Below, piece by piece: positions 1 to 12,200 of a DNA stretch of 64,000 nucleotides. Under the pieces are notes generated by a model that was not told where the DNA came from, ran no database searches, and worked only from the letters and a program-made list of their open reading frames with translations. Position numbers and translations under genes: made by a program. The stretch's first letter is position 1, and the number at the start of each line of letters is the position of its first letter. Origin of the DNA: a virus (Duplodnaviria; Heunggongvirae; Uroviricota; Caudoviricetes); the IMG/VR virus record IMGVR_UViG_3300013307_000015; one strand, given 5' to 3'.

Positions 1-194
1 CTCCAAGACTATACCACGACGGTAAGCCGGACGCGAAAGAACTTGCTCGGTTTGAAATGGACTTTGATGGGAAAGCTCCCGATCCGCTCACGTTTGACGA
101 AATGAGAGTGTCCCCTATTGCTGGGGTGACATTGTTAGACGTGTCGTATTTCAGCAGCTCTGTGCGCCTTCAGCGTAATCAGGCACCGACATAA
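1..194 (+). CDS. 3' end of a hypothetical protein (truncated by window start)
   Basis: Open frame from nt 3 (PRLYHDGKPDAKELARFEMD...QAPT) to TAA at 192-194, followed by a GC-rich hairpin. Confidence 0.6.
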   Translation, partial: PRLYHDGKPDAKELARFEMDFDGKAPDPLTFDEMRVSPIAGVTLLDVSYFSSSVRLQRNQAPT

Positions 195-292
195 GCCAGA
201 AGTCTGACCTCCACACCCGCTCCCGCCTGTTCATAGGTTGGGGAGGGGTGTGGAGGCGGCTGCTGCGAACGTCCGTTCACATAGCCTAATGA

Positions 293-772
293 TTACGAAG
301 TCTTGGAATCTCCGCCCTGAAGATACTTAGACATGAAGGTCGCATAGTCCTGCTGAGGCAACGTGGTTGCCGTCTCGCCCTCCAGAAGCTCGGGGGCGGG
401 AAAATCTGCCCCAAGTTTCGGTGCTTCGCGAGGCGCTGCCTCGATATCCGATCGACTCATTTTATTGGGCATCGCAGTTAAAAGTTTTGCGATAAGACTG
501 TGCGTCGCGCCTTGTGCGTCGGCGGCCTTGGTTTCGATCGCCAGACGTTGTCGGCCGATGGCCGAGGAATCCATGTCTTTGAGTGCTGCCAGCATCACCA
601 CGCGGTCTTTGGGATCTTGTGGCATCTTGCCCTCGGGCGTCAACATCTCTTTGACGAGTTGGACGCGCTTATGATGGACGAATGCTTGGATGCTGGTGTC
701 GGAAGGAAGTGGAGGAATCACTTCGGGCTCGTCATTAACGACCTCGAAGTTTCCTTGAGTTACGTTGGTCAT
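293..772 (-). CDS. hypothetical protein
   Basis: ORF-track frame 293..808; likelier start MTNVTQ at 772; protein-like composition. Confidence 0.7.
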   Translation of the reverse strand: MTNVTQGNFEVVNDEPEVIPPLPSDTSIQAFVHHKRVQLVKEMLTPEGKMPQDPKDRVVMLAALKDMDSSAIGRQRLAIETKAADAQGATHSLIAKLLTAMPNKMSRSDIEAAPREAPKLGADFPAPELLEGETATTLPQQDYATFMSKYLQGGDSKTS

Positions 773-797
773 GATCGATGCCTCAAAGAAAAAATAG

Positions 798-808
798 TCA
801 CATATCAT
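798..808 (+). promoter_or_regulatory. putative phage early promoter motif (TCACATATCAT)
   Basis: One of five intergenic copies of AGAWW-N5-7-YAYATATMAY; resembles the phiKZ early TATATTAC-type promoter. Confidence 0.55.
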
Positions 809-859
809 CTTTTTGAGCAGTAAATCCTTTGCTCTATATCAAGAAGGGGTACCACAGAA

Positions 860-1393
860 ATGATTGGTTTTGTGTCAGGTGTGGTCAGCCGCATCCAGCG
901 CAGACTCAAGCAAGAGCACAAGAAACGCATCTCCCTTGTGCTTGAACAAGGCATACCGCTTGATCGGACGTGGAAAGTTTGTGAGGAGTTGCTCTTGCAA
1001 ATGGACCCGAAGAAATACGCTGCGATTCCGGTATCCGCCTCGCAAGCAACGCTGGTACGCACGCCATACCAGTCGCTGGAAACGTACATCAAAACACTCA
1101 AGTCGGTGATCTTCGACTTCAAGGAGGAAAACAAGATCGATCGGGGGTGGAGTTCGTTCGAGACTCAAACCCTGACAGTGTCGGACTTTCTGAAAACGGA
1201 AGACGGCTACTACATGACACCTGCATCATTGGTCGAGTTCTTGACCGAGGTAAAGGAATTACTCGAACTCATCAGTCAAGCCGAGCACGAGGAACTCGGA
1301 GTAACTGCGCACAACGTTCGGGTACTGGTCCCGTTCTTTGTCCGACTGCGTGACACACTGTTCGATCTTTACGATCTCCAGTTCGCTCTTTAA
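860..1393 (+). CDS. hypothetical protein
   Basis: 177-aa ORF downstream of the promoter motif, purine-rich leader. Confidence 0.75.
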   Translation: MIGFVSGVVSRIQRRLKQEHKKRISLVLEQGIPLDRTWKVCEELLLQMDPKKYAAIPVSASQATLVRTPYQSLETYIKTLKSVIFDFKEENKIDRGWSSFETQTLTVSDFLKTEDGYYMTPASLVEFLTEVKELLELISQAEHEELGVTAHNVRVLVPFFVRLRDTLFDLYDLQFAL

Positions 1394-1477
1394 CTACCGT
1401 GTCACTCTAATCGCAACATCTTAATTGCAGCACGCAACTACCATCCTTTGGCGGTGGCAGGCCAAGAAGGAATAACC

Positions 1478-1942
1478 ATGGCTCGTAATGACCTCTTTAA
1501 ACTTCTGAACAGCGTCGACAAGGGCGTTGGTCGCACATACGGTGCCAATGGCACTTTATCGCGACTTTTTCGACAAATCTTACGAGACCGTAAAGTCGGT
1601 CCGGAAAAGTTTGGGGCCCTGATGCATGATTACTTGGACGACCCTCGTAATCGGGTTTCCAACAACCGCAAGGACAGAACCAGTGCCCGAGGCAATCTCG
1701 GCATGGCTTTGGCTCAGCCCAAGATGACGTGGAAGGTCTTCTGCAAGGGATTGCGGTTTTTGAAGGTGGTGAAGATTGACATTGCCATTCGTGCGTATTA
1801 CGCCAATGGTCAAGAAGAGATCCACCAAACCTCCATGGTCCTCGCAGAACAAACGCCCGCTGAAAAGGCGGAAGCAGGCACCACGATTCAACCTCATACT
1901 GACGGCAAAGCAAATGAGGACACTGGAAATGACGAACAGTAG
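1478..1942 (+). CDS. conserved phiKZ-like hypothetical protein
   Basis: AAGGAA RBS before ATG 1478; LSRLFRQIL...RGNL...MTWKVFCKGL pattern recalled from phiKZ-like phages. Confidence 0.75.
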   Translation: MARNDLFKLLNSVDKGVGRTYGANGTLSRLFRQILRDRKVGPEKFGALMHDYLDDPRNRVSNNRKDRTSARGNLGMALAQPKMTWKVFCKGLRFLKVVKIDIAIRAYYANGQEEIHQTSMVLAEQTPAEKAEAGTTIQPHTDGKANEDTGNDEQ

Positions 1943-2483
1943 ACCCCGTGATGTAAGTGTTGCAGGGCGCTACAGCAAGGCTACCGACGGGATCGATCAC
2001 ATCAACATCAGTCCCCAAGGGAAAACCGAACTTGGTGTGCTCCTCGCGCACTATACGGAATCGCACTTCGTGCACGAGTATCTGGGACCTTTCGATAGCA
2101 TGGAAGGTTACTGGTACTACGTGAAGAGCGCGGTTCCGGATGATAAGCTGCGTTCACTCTCGGGCAAGCAAGCTTATCTGTACGGCAAAGAGCTGCCGTC
2201 GATTCGACGACAGTTTTTCCGTGAGATCATCAAGGATGGCAACTACTTCAAGATCAGTCAGAACGATCGACTGCGGGAGTTGTTGATGGAATCCGAGTTG
2301 CCGCTCACGCAGTACTACAACTACGGTGCGCACGGGATTGCTATCAATCCGAAAACGATGCCGTGGCTGGTGCCCGATTTCGAGCAACTTCGCGAGGCGT
2401 TCCGTTACGACGTCGAGCACAAGATCGTTTCGTACGAAGATTTCCAAAAGATCATCGTGCCGAAGCGTGTGGCGAAGAAATAA
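1929..2483 (+). CDS. conserved phage hypothetical protein
   Basis: DGIDHINI...GKTELG..L and F.SMEGYWY motifs typical of a widespread phage family; overlaps upstream stop; followed by terminator. Confidence 0.75.
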   Translation: MTNSRPRDVSVAGRYSKATDGIDHINISPQGKTELGVLLAHYTESHFVHEYLGPFDSMEGYWYYVKSAVPDDKLRSLSGKQAYLYGKELPSIRRQFFREIIKDGNYFKISQNDRLRELLMESELPLTQYYNYGAHGIAINPKTMPWLVPDFEQLREAFRYDVEHKIVSYEDFQKIIVPKRVAKK

Positions 2484-2489
2484 CCACCT

Positions 2490-2521
2490 GAGGGGACTTC
2501 GGTCCCCTCCCTTCTTTTTTT
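2490..2521 (+). terminator. intrinsic terminator
   Basis: GAGGGGAC-TTCG-GTCCCCTC hairpin followed by T tract. Confidence 0.75.
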
Positions 2522-2531
2522 GTCTTCGATC

Positions 2532-4007
2532 ATGGCGACTACACCACAATTCACCATGCCGGGTGCGCCTCCATTGGCTAAACCCAGCTTCTTCACTGGT
2601 CCGAACGACGATCTGGCTGTTGCTAATGCATACGCCCAGCAGGGTGGTGTGATCAACGCGATCAAAGACCAGCTGAGCAACTTGGGGATTTCGATTCCTG
2701 ATGTGCTCAAAGGCGGTCGTGCACTGGCTTCGCTGTTGCCGATCGTCACGGGTATCAAAAATGGTGGCCTGTCGACCAATCCGGTTGGATTGATTACGCG
2801 TCTGTTGGCTTCATCGTCACAGATCACGGCTGCTTTCAAGTTCTTGGGTGCAGACGTACAGGCGGACATGATTGCCGGTATGAAGGCACTCGGTCCGGTT
2901 GCGGTCACCATCGGGAACTTGACGCAACAGGTTAAGGTTACGAATTTCGACAATCTGAATTCGGTTGGTAACCTCATCAATTCGTTCACCAATGGTGCAG
3001 CGAACATGGGGATTATCGACAAGGATTCGATTGCGTCGATTGTCGGGGGTATCGTCAAGCAAGCCGGCGGTTACGGCATTAGCGGCGTGTATGGTGCCGT
3101 GATGACGGGTATCAACGACGTCGAGATCATCTCGAAGGCTGCGAACCTCTCGTTGCCCTCGGTGATTGCCAATGGCGATGTGGCTTCGCTTAAGCAGATC
3201 GCTCAGTCGCTCTCTCCTGGCGCTGTTGCGCTTTTGCATCCCACTGCGCTGAGTCAGTTCACCCAAGCGTTCGATCGCTTGACCAACGCAGGTGGTGTCG
3301 GGCTGAATGCGCCTGTATTCGACTCAAAGACTTTTTCCAACGTCATGGATGCGTTCAACACATCGAACCCGTCCTGGAACGTTTGCACGCGTCAGGGAGC
3401 CACGTACGGCGATATCACCACTCTCACGCGTGCATCGAGTGACTTCACCGACATGATTTCAAACGGCATCAAGCGATTGGATTCAGGTGACGCTCAGCAG
3501 GACTACGCGTTGGCCTCGTTGTATGGTCCGCAAGACGTGGGCTCTTCACTCAGTTCGCAGTTTCCGAACGTGGTGCAGACGCAGAACAGCAACTCGCCGA
3601 AGGTGACCGGTACGGGTGATCCGCAGTCGACCAGCATTATCGACAAACTGGCCAGCTTCATGCCGGGTCTGTCGTTTGTCAAGGGTGGTGCTGAAGCCCA
3701 AGCCCGGATCGATTCGACCAACAAGTACTACTCCGCCATGCGGGAAATCAACAACGGTACGTACGATCCGACGAAGTACGGTTTGCCAGCACCGGTGCAA
3801 ACCACGACGCTTTCACCGACGAGCACGTCCACAACGACGAGTACCTCAACCACTGTGACCAATGCATTCGGTCAACAGGTGCAGCGTGGCACGCATGTGC
3901 TGCTGGGGTATAACGCAGCTGGTGTAGCGATCTACGCGGATGATCCGAGTGCGGGCAGTGAACCGCTCTTTCCTTCGGATGCTTACGCGCAGACCACCAT
4001 CGCCTAA
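2532..4007 (+). CDS. putative virion structural protein
   Basis: About 490-aa G/S/T/N-rich ORF adjacent to the tail module. Confidence 0.7.
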   Translation: MATTPQFTMPGAPPLAKPSFFTGPNDDLAVANAYAQQGGVINAIKDQLSNLGISIPDVLKGGRALASLLPIVTGIKNGGLSTNPVGLITRLLASSSQITAAFKFLGADVQADMIAGMKALGPVAVTIGNLTQQVKVTNFDNLNSVGNLINSFTNGAANMGIIDKDSIASIVGGIVKQAGGYGISGVYGAVMTGINDVEIISKAANLSLPSVIANGDVASLKQIAQSLSPGAVALLHPTALSQFTQAFDRLTNAGGVGLNAPVFDSKTFSNVMDAFNTSNPSWNVCTRQGATYGDITTLTRASSDFTDMISNGIKRLDSGDAQQDYALASLYGPQDVGSSLSSQFPNVVQTQNSNSPKVTGTGDPQSTSIIDKLASFMPGLSFVKGGAEAQARIDSTNKYYSAMREINNGTYDPTKYGLPAPVQTTTLSPTSTSTTTSTSTTVTNAFGQQVQRGTHVLLGYNAAGVAIYADDPSAGSEPLFPSDAYAQTTIA

Positions 4008-4008
4008 G

Positions 4009-4046
4009 GGCATAAACGGGGAGGCGTAATGCCTCCCCAATATGCC
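4009..4046. terminator. bidirectional terminator-like element (GGCATA-hairpin-TATGCC)
   Basis: GGGGAGGC-GTAAT-GCCTCCCC between convergent genes, flanked by GGCATA and TATGCC. Confidence 0.7.
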
Positions 4047-4047
4047 G

Positions 4048-6168
4048 TCAATGCTGCACGCCCTTGTAGACCATCGAAATGAGTCGACCCGGAGGCGTGT
4101 TACCCGCCCAGCTTGCCCAGTGAGCCCAGCTCGACCATGTGCTGAAATTCGCCATGGTCTTTGTCAGGTTCAGCTTGTACTTGCGCCAAGCGTAAATCTG
4201 ATCTGCCAAGCCCATACCACCCAGCACAGCCATGTAGTCGGTAAAGACGGTGTCTTCATCGAACGCGCCTGCTGCAATAGCACCCAGTCCGAAACCGCCG
4301 GCTGCACCTACCACTCCAGCCAAGGCTCCACCAGCAATGGCTCCAGCGGCTGCCGCCGAGAAGCTGATACCTTGTGCGATCGGCATATGCAGCACACTGG
4401 ACAGATCCTTCACTGTAAAGGAGACGTCGATTGCCATCACGTGTCCTTCATTGGTAAAGCCCAGGTTGCCCGTGCCTCGTGTGACCGACATGGAATCCAC
4501 GATTGCCAGCCGCGACTGCTGACGACCTTTGTCGTAGATTTCGATCAGGAAGGGCGAGGTGTAAGACTGCTTGCCCGTCGAGAGCGGCAGAGCAAGAGCC
4601 AGCAAACAAGCCAGCGGGATGTGGATGTTCATCATCTGGCTCATCGGGTTGCCGTACGGACTCACCAAGTTGATGGTGTACGACATCGATTTACCATACG
4701 TCGACGATGAAGACTCCCAGTGCTCCGGGATATCCACAAACGCAGCACCAGCAAGCGCTGCCAGACCCGAGACTTGCAGTTGGTCTGCTACCCCGCGCAC
4801 TACGTCCACCGCTGCGTTGGCCACTGCACCAACCAGCTTGCCAACCGGACCACCGACCAGATCACCATTGGCCAAGTCGAAGTTCGTGCTGCGCGACGAA
4901 CTGGACATGCTGTTGATCTTGTTGGCAATTTCCGACGGAGCAGTCGACGAAGAGAACGATTCACTCACCGAACCCGTTGCGTTCACTCGGAAGCAGACGA
5001 ATTCCGAGCCATCGTCCATTTCAGCATTGAAGAATTCCTTCAAGCCGTCGTCTGCGGTAGCGGAGGTGATGAGACTTTCCACCGACGAGTCCGGGTCTTG
5101 CGCAGCGGTTGTGGCCGAGGCATCACTACCCGATGCATCCACCGAAGTGGTGGAAGTAGGCGTGGTTGGCTGACCATACGCAGTACCGGAAATCGAGCTA
5201 TCTTGATTGCCGGATGCATCCACGCTGCCTGCCCACTTGGCCAGATACGTCTGAAAGTCAGGCGGCGAATCCGAATACGTCTCCGACATCACCTGCGAGA
5301 ATGCATTGGTGAGGTCTTGCCCGCTCGACAGAATCGATTCAGAAGCCGCTTGCTCCAGCGCTTGATACATGCGGTGCTGCAAACGCATCGCACGCGTAGC
5401 CATCGCGTAGACGTTGATTTCACCACCCTCGGTGAAAATGTCAGGGGAGGCTGCGTTAAACGCAGCGCGTGCGGCATCATCCCACTGGTAGTCTTGCGAG
5501 AGATCGACTTTCTCGCCATTGGCATCCACCACCAAGGAGCTACCGCCAATCGATTGCGGATTGCCACCCAGACGCGGCACAATGCCGCGATTGACTGCGA
5601 TCTGGTTGACGATTGTCTGCACCGCGTTCCAGTAAAGCGGCATCGTCGGTTTCAGGTAGTAGAACTTGGACGAAGGCTTACCGAGGAAGAACCGGTAGCC
5701 AATACCCAGCAGGTGAACAGCAAGCGGCAACCAGTTCATTATTGTCACTGCAAAACCTACCGCACGACCCAAGGCGTAGAACACACCCGTGGAGCGACCC
5801 GTGCGTGCCAACTGACCAGCACCTGTATTGTAGAAGCCCGTGAAGAAGGTGGTCAAGGAGTTGAACTCTGGCACTCCTGCACGGATAAAAATCAGCTGAC
5901 TGTTGTCGTCGATGTTTTCGCTGTACCAGCGACCCTGACCGATACTGCCAGCCAGTCGTTGCTTAGCCGGTCGCAGATCCGCACTACGCGTAAATTGCGG
6001 TGGCGGATTGATGGCAAAGTTGCCACCAAGCGACGTATCGGTGAATTTGGTTTGATTGGTTGAGAACGTCCGGCGGACGATGTCTCCGCTTGAATCCAAC
6101 GCCGAATTCGGAACAGCAAAGGACTGCCGAATCCAGCTTACGTCCTTCACCATGTACGGACTTACCAT
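4048..6168 (-). CDS. baseplate/tail-tip protein (phiKZ gp182-like)
   Basis: 706 aa, immediately downstream of the gp181-like gene; DTSLGGNFAINPPPQFTR and SPYG motifs; C-terminal glycine-zipper. Confidence 0.7.
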   Translation of the reverse strand: MVSPYMVKDVSWIRQSFAVPNSALDSSGDIVRRTFSTNQTKFTDTSLGGNFAINPPPQFTRSADLRPAKQRLAGSIGQGRWYSENIDDNSQLIFIRAGVPEFNSLTTFFTGFYNTGAGQLARTGRSTGVFYALGRAVGFAVTIMNWLPLAVHLLGIGYRFFLGKPSSKFYYLKPTMPLYWNAVQTIVNQIAVNRGIVPRLGGNPQSIGGSSLVVDANGEKVDLSQDYQWDDAARAAFNAASPDIFTEGGEINVYAMATRAMRLQHRMYQALEQAASESILSSGQDLTNAFSQVMSETYSDSPPDFQTYLAKWAGSVDASGNQDSSISGTAYGQPTTPTSTTSVDASGSDASATTAAQDPDSSVESLITSATADDGLKEFFNAEMDDGSEFVCFRVNATGSVSESFSSSTAPSEIANKINSMSSSSRSTNFDLANGDLVGGPVGKLVGAVANAAVDVVRGVADQLQVSGLAALAGAAFVDIPEHWESSSSTYGKSMSYTINLVSPYGNPMSQMMNIHIPLACLLALALPLSTGKQSYTSPFLIEIYDKGRQQSRLAIVDSMSVTRGTGNLGFTNEGHVMAIDVSFTVKDLSSVLHMPIAQGISFSAAAAGAIAGGALAGVVGAAGGFGLGAIAAGAFDEDTVFTDYMAVLGGMGLADQIYAWRKYKLNLTKTMANFSTWSSWAHWASWAGNTPPGRLISMVYKGVQH

Positions 6169-6182
6169 TGCTTATCTCCAGC

Positions 6183-6238
6183 GGCATATTTAAAAAAGCA
6201 GGGAGAGCCTCGTCCCGTACTAGCGACAAGACCCTCCC
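6183..6238 (-). terminator. hairpin plus T tract plus TATGCC on the minus strand
   Basis: GGGAG...CTCCC stem at 6201-6238; on the minus strand followed by TTTTTT and TATGCC. Confidence 0.6.
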
Positions 6239-6249
6239 ATTACACACGA

Positions 6250-9200
6250 TTAGGAGAAGTTCGGCTTAGCCACCGAAATCGGAGCCCGTTTCATGGGTTG
6301 CGGCACGTTGGCTTGCGCCTTCGCTGCTGCATCCTGAGCATCCGATACTTGCCCAACTTGAGAAGCCTGTTGAGCTGCGTACTTCACCAGCAACTGCATC
6401 TGAGCCAGAATCTGCTTAGACACATCGAGGTGTTGCTGTGCAATCCCGCCATCAGGCAAAGCAGCCGGGTTGGCTACTGCTTGATTGCGTTGTGTGGCCA
6501 ACAGATCCGTCGCTGAGCGCGTTGCAGTGGGTGAGAAGCCTGTACCCATTGCTGCGGCCGGCCCCATTGCAGGCACGGCAAACGGATCTTGCGGAGCACC
6601 GCTCGGCTGAACCGGTACCTTGTTCATGGAGCCAGGTTTGCCCTGACCACCCAAAGCATTGAATACCGTCACCGGAGGTTGGTTGCCCGTTCCCGTATCC
6701 GTTGGTGCCGGACCCGATGAACCACCGAAACCCATTGGTGCGCCAGTGCCTGAACTCGTCGGACTCGACGACTGCGGAACAGGACCGAAACGATCCCCGC
6801 CCTGCTTGTTCGTTTTGTTGGCTTCCACTGCCGCTTGCGCAGCCTTGGCTTCCGGCGTCAGTGCAACAGGCGACTTCCCAGCCGTGCTGCCTGCATCCGA
6901 GGCCGTCAACTTCTCACCACCTGCTTGGCCCACTCCGAACTGCTTACCCTTCGTCATGACAAGGTTGTTCAGATAAGCGACGACTTCTCCAACCGTACGA
7001 GGACGGCTACCTTCGTAGAAGATATTCGGATTGGCTTTCGCCTGAGCCGGCAGCAATTGCGCAGCGATGGTGCTCTTATCACCCTTGAGCAGCTTCACAG
7101 CTGTTCCTGCACCCAAGAAGTGTGCAGCGTAGACTTCACCCGGTGTGGGCATGCGACCCAAACCTTGACGCAAGGTCGAGATGTTGGCCTTGGTGAACTC
7201 CGCCCCCATCAGCGCATTGGCTTTGGGGTTCGTACGTGGCGTGCCCGGTGTGATGCCATACTTCCCACCGTACTTCTTCACCGTTTCATTCCACGTATCG
7301 GTGATGAACTGATACAACCCCGTTGCCGAGGACGTACCTGCTTTCACCGTGGCTCTGAAGCCCGACTCAATGGCAGCCATGACTGACATGAGTTGCGGAT
7401 CCACCCCAACCATCTTGGAGGCAGCGTAGATCAGATCCTTCATGGCGGCGAAACTACCATCACCTTTCGGGTCAGGCAGATTGTTCAGAGAACCGCCCGT
7501 ACCTTGAGTCGTGGCGTCCACTGGAGAACCGCTGCCTTGATACGAACTGCCGCCGCCACCAAAGAAGTTACTGACCGTATCCGAAGCTTTACCGAGCCAG
7601 TTCTTGTTACCCTTCTCATCGGTTGTCAATGACTTCCATTTCGAAGCGAACCAGCCTGCGGCACCGCCCTGAGCTGCTGCACCCGAGCCACCCTTCTTGC
7701 TCTCCGTGTCGCCAGCACCCGGCACCCCTTTGATCTCGTCGAGCTTAGTCTTGGTGGCCTTTTCCTGCAAGCCCGCCAAGTTTTCATCCGTCGAGGATAC
7801 ATCGGTGTTTGCCTGATACTGAGGCCACGGCATTTGGGCTACTGACCAGACACTCCCTCCTTGGCCATGTGCGGTTCGAATCGCTGCTGCAACATCCAGC
7901 ATCTGATCCGGCTTAAGCGTCAGAAACGCTGCACGCGGATCATTCTTGCGAGCAGCACCACACACCGCTGTGAGGTAGTTCAGGTAAGTCGGCAAGAAGC
8001 GCATCTTGAACCAGCTGATCCAATTATACGCTTCAGTCGAGGCCGGACCACTGACACCAAAAGCCGGTGCTTGTTCAGCAAACGTCTTCTGGAAGTCGCC
8101 CTTGTAGGTGGCGACGTATTTCGCATTGATGTCGACGTCCTTGAGCACGTTGTTCTCAAGTACCAGCAACGTCTTCACCTTCTCGATATTCATGTCCTTC
8201 AACCCGTAGGTCTTAAACCGAATCGTCGAGACGCCGTCGAGTGTGGAACCCACGGACAGATGCGATGCGTCAAAATTGCCCTTCATCGTGACAATTGCAC
8301 CAGCAGCGGATGTGCCTGCCTGACTACCGACATCCGTTCCAGCCAGATCCTTAATGGACTGCCAGTTCGACTGCGGTTCCTTTCTGCCAAGACCTTGGGC
8401 GACGGTCGCAGCAGCAGCAATGTCCTTCACGGTCTTAGGCTTTTGCTGGTTCGGGTTCTTCTCGGCTTCCGGAGCTTTCTGGACTTCTTCATCCACCTTC
8501 GCCATGAGAGTCTTGGCGTATTCGGCGACATCTGAATCAGAAGTTTCCAGTCCATCCATATCCGGGAAAGGTGCTTCCATGTACTTATACGGACCACCCG
8601 GCCACGAAGCCACCTGCAAGTACGCTTTCTTCTGGCCAGCTTTGAGCCCTTCAGCGTCCTTGAGCGACTTCATGTCTTCCTTCACCTTGTGCAGCGCAGC
8701 CATGTGCACCATGAATACCGGCTTAAAGCGCAGCGTGAACCATTGGACAAACTTCTGCATCTGTCCTTTGTTGTCTTTGTCCACGCCAAACGGTTCGAGG
8801 AGATCCTCATCCTTCAAACCCTTGGTGCCGAGAACCGGCTTACCCAAGCGGAACGTCACCAGCGGCTCCAGCATGTCTTCCAGCTTCCAGATGGCGTCTT
8901 GATGACCTTCATCCTTCGGCGAGAAACCGTACTGAATGTAGCGCAGCTTGGACAGATCAGTCAGCTTCTTACGGTTCAGGTATTTGATCCCCTTGTAGAG
9001 ACCATAACCTGCTGCCCCAAGAATTGCACCACCAATCAACACCGGTGCACCAACCAGACCAACCAACCCCGTCCCAATTGCACCTGCCAAGCCGAGTGCG
9101 CCACCTGAGATACCCATCAGGCTCGCTGCTGTGGAAGCCAGACCAATACCCGTGGCTGCTGTACCGGCATAGCCGAGGTATTTGCCCAACGTCTTGTGAC

Positions 9201-12200
9201 CGGACTTATTGGCGTAATGCTCTGCCACATCCAGTCCCAGCCCAAGCCCCAGACCTCCGCCCATCTTCGCCAGTCCCAATGCGCCGCGTCCAGCGAAACT
9301 ACCGATGCGTCCCAGGTTTGTACCGATGTCACGCGCCATCCACGGCAAACCACGCGTCACGCCCAGCTTACCCGCTTCCCACAACCCACGTCCACCCAGC
9401 CGCAAGCCGGCTCCAAGACCGCGTCCTGCCAGTCCCAAGCCACTCTTGGCCATACCCCACGTCGCAGCGTTGCCAGCCCGGTTCAGGTTGTACAGCTTAC
9501 CTGCACCCGTCCATGCGCCCTTCAGACCCGAGAGCAACCCCTTACGAACCTTAGCGCCCAAGCCGATCTTCTCGGCTGCCTTGCCGCCTGCGAGGGCGTC
9601 TCTAGCGAGCGCTTCTGCTTCGTGCTGTGGCAGACCTGCGGCCATTGCGGCATGCATGATCTCTTCAGCTTCTTGTGCAAGCTTCATGCCCTTGGCTGCT
9701 TTGAATGCCTCAGCCGTAGCCACGAAACCGGACTTACCGGCAGCCCGTGCTGCACCACCGGCTTTGAGCACATCACCCACACCTTGGAGCCCAGCTCGAC
9801 CCAGTCCACCCAAGCCGCGAATGCCGCGACCGAGACCACGGAAGATCTTGCCACCCGGAATCAGGGAGAGTGCACTCAACGCCAAAGAGCCGTAGCCTGC
9901 CGCATCGGATGACGAACCGCCCTTGTCACCTTCGCCGTCCTTGATGCCTTTGCGCCTTTTCAGGAAGTCAAAGAGCGCTTTACCTACTGCGCCCAATGCA
10001 CCGTAGATGGACATGCCACCTTCCTTAAATTTCGCAGCAGCTTCGCGTGCGACGTCGGCTGCGCTTTCGCCCTTAGCGACGTTACCTGCCAGTCCTTTTT
10101 TCTTCTGGTCTTCGTAACTACCCTCACGAATCCCATCTCCGTCGATGTCCCCTACTACACGACGCCGCTTGGGCAAGCGGCTATCCAGCAGGTCACGGAT
10201 TTCCGTCAAGCGTTCAATGATGGTTTTGCCACCCGAGAACGCAATGCCGTCAACATGGAACCAGTTCTTGAAACCTTGCCACTTTCCGGACAGAAAGTCC
10301 TTGGCCATGTTAAAGCCGTTCTGGACTTTATTGAACGCCATTTGCATGGTGTCCTTGCCGAATTGCAGCAAACGCAGTTTGCCTGTGAGCAGGGGTCGAC
10401 CCCACTTATCACAGATACCCGTGCGCAGGTCATTGTCCGTCAACACCTGATCGCCTGACAAATTCACCACCGGGCCGTCAATGTCTGCCGGCGTCATGAT
10501 GTACTTGTCGCGACGATGCATCGACCGGTAACCCCGTGCCCGCATGATGACTGCTTGCAGTTTCGGAGTTTCCAGATTGTCCTTGGTGTAGACGTCTTGG
10601 GCATCGAGATGCTGCATGCCCTTGTTGACAGCACTACGCAATGCATCGCGCGCTGCGCCGTAGACAGACAGACCGCCTTGGAAACCTGCCTTGGCTTTAT
10701 CCCAGACCCAGTCCTTGACAGCCAGCAACTTCTTGCCTGCCGTGGTTCGCACGAAAGCTTGGGCGGCTTGCTGCGGATCGAGGATCAGGTTGCCTTCCTC
10801 GTCGTAGACCGAACCCTTGATGTCCTTCCAGGATTTGATGAGCTTGCGTTTCGCATCCGTGACAGGGCCATCGTAGTACATTCCGGCTTTGAACCCCCAA
10901 GCCGTCAGGCGAGGTTTCAACTCACCCTCGATGTACACTTCCTTCATGTCTTCCCACTTCTTCTTGGCCTGATCCATCCAGCCGCCGACTGTGTCGCGGA
11001 CATTGCCAAATGCACCTTTGACCTTTCCCATGGTCTGGTGGCGGTTATTCCACTGAGCCGTACCCCAGCCCGGTTGTTTCCACCATTCCAATGCCCGTTG
11101 ACCAAGACCACGCGCACGTTGCTTACCGTGCATCCAGTTCTGCCGCAGTGAGCGATCCCAGAAACTCGGACCACCGGGACCACCCGGCCCCATCATCGAA
11201 GCGTCGCCTGCATCTCCCGCATTCCAGACCACGAGTCCTGCTTTCATGATCTCTTCGATACGCGTGAGCGTTTCATTCGCCTTATCCAGATGACTGAAAC
11301 TGTTGTTGCCCTTGATGGCTTCAATCACTGCGCCGAAGTCTTGCGAGCCTGCGGTGCTGCGATCGTAAGCAGCAGCATAACCCGGTGCTTCGTTGACGAT
11401 GTGGTTGGTCGTATGGCGAATACCAGAACCACGCAGGTTCGGCGAAGCAGCACCACCGCGCTTGCGCGAAGCACGCCGTGATCCGGGTGCACCATCTGCC
11501 GGGCTGTACTTGTTGTCGAGGTGGTAGTCGGAGATCTTTTCGATGTCGATGTTGCCGTACTGATCGACCAAGCCCAGATCTTCGAGTTGATCCAAGAACC
11601 CGGCGTTGGCCAGATCCTGAATTTCCTCGCGAGCCAATTTCACCCCTTGCCCCAGCGAGACGTGCTTGTTAGCAAACTGCACCCGTTGCGCGTAGCTACG
11701 GTCGTTCTCCTTACTGTAACGATCCTCGAAGTGACGGGCGAGTTCAAACGAGTGATTGTTACGGTGATTCAGCGGGTCCATGTAGTGCTCGGCTGAACCG
11801 GACTGATTGTGCAGGTTGTCCCTCATCAACTGTTGCCGCAGCGCAGCCCGTGCTCCCGGTGAGAGCTTTTTCTGCGGGTCGATTTCATTGAGCAGCTCTT
11901 CCATGTCACGGTTGAGCTGTTCGCTGTTCGACTTGTTGATGACGGTATTGTAAAGACGCTTGCGCACTTCACTGGTGCGACTGAACTTGTTGCTCGTGAA
12001 GTCGTACGAGGTCAGCTCGACACCCTCATCGCCCGTACGCATGACTTGCAGCTCACGGAAGATACGAGCCAAATAACCCGGAATGACTTCCGTGATCGAC
12101 TTAGCCACTTGACGCGAGAAGATCGCCGGACCTTGCATGTCTTTCAAGCGGTCCTTCTGGATGGTGCGATCCAAGCCACCATTCATCATGATCGCATCGC

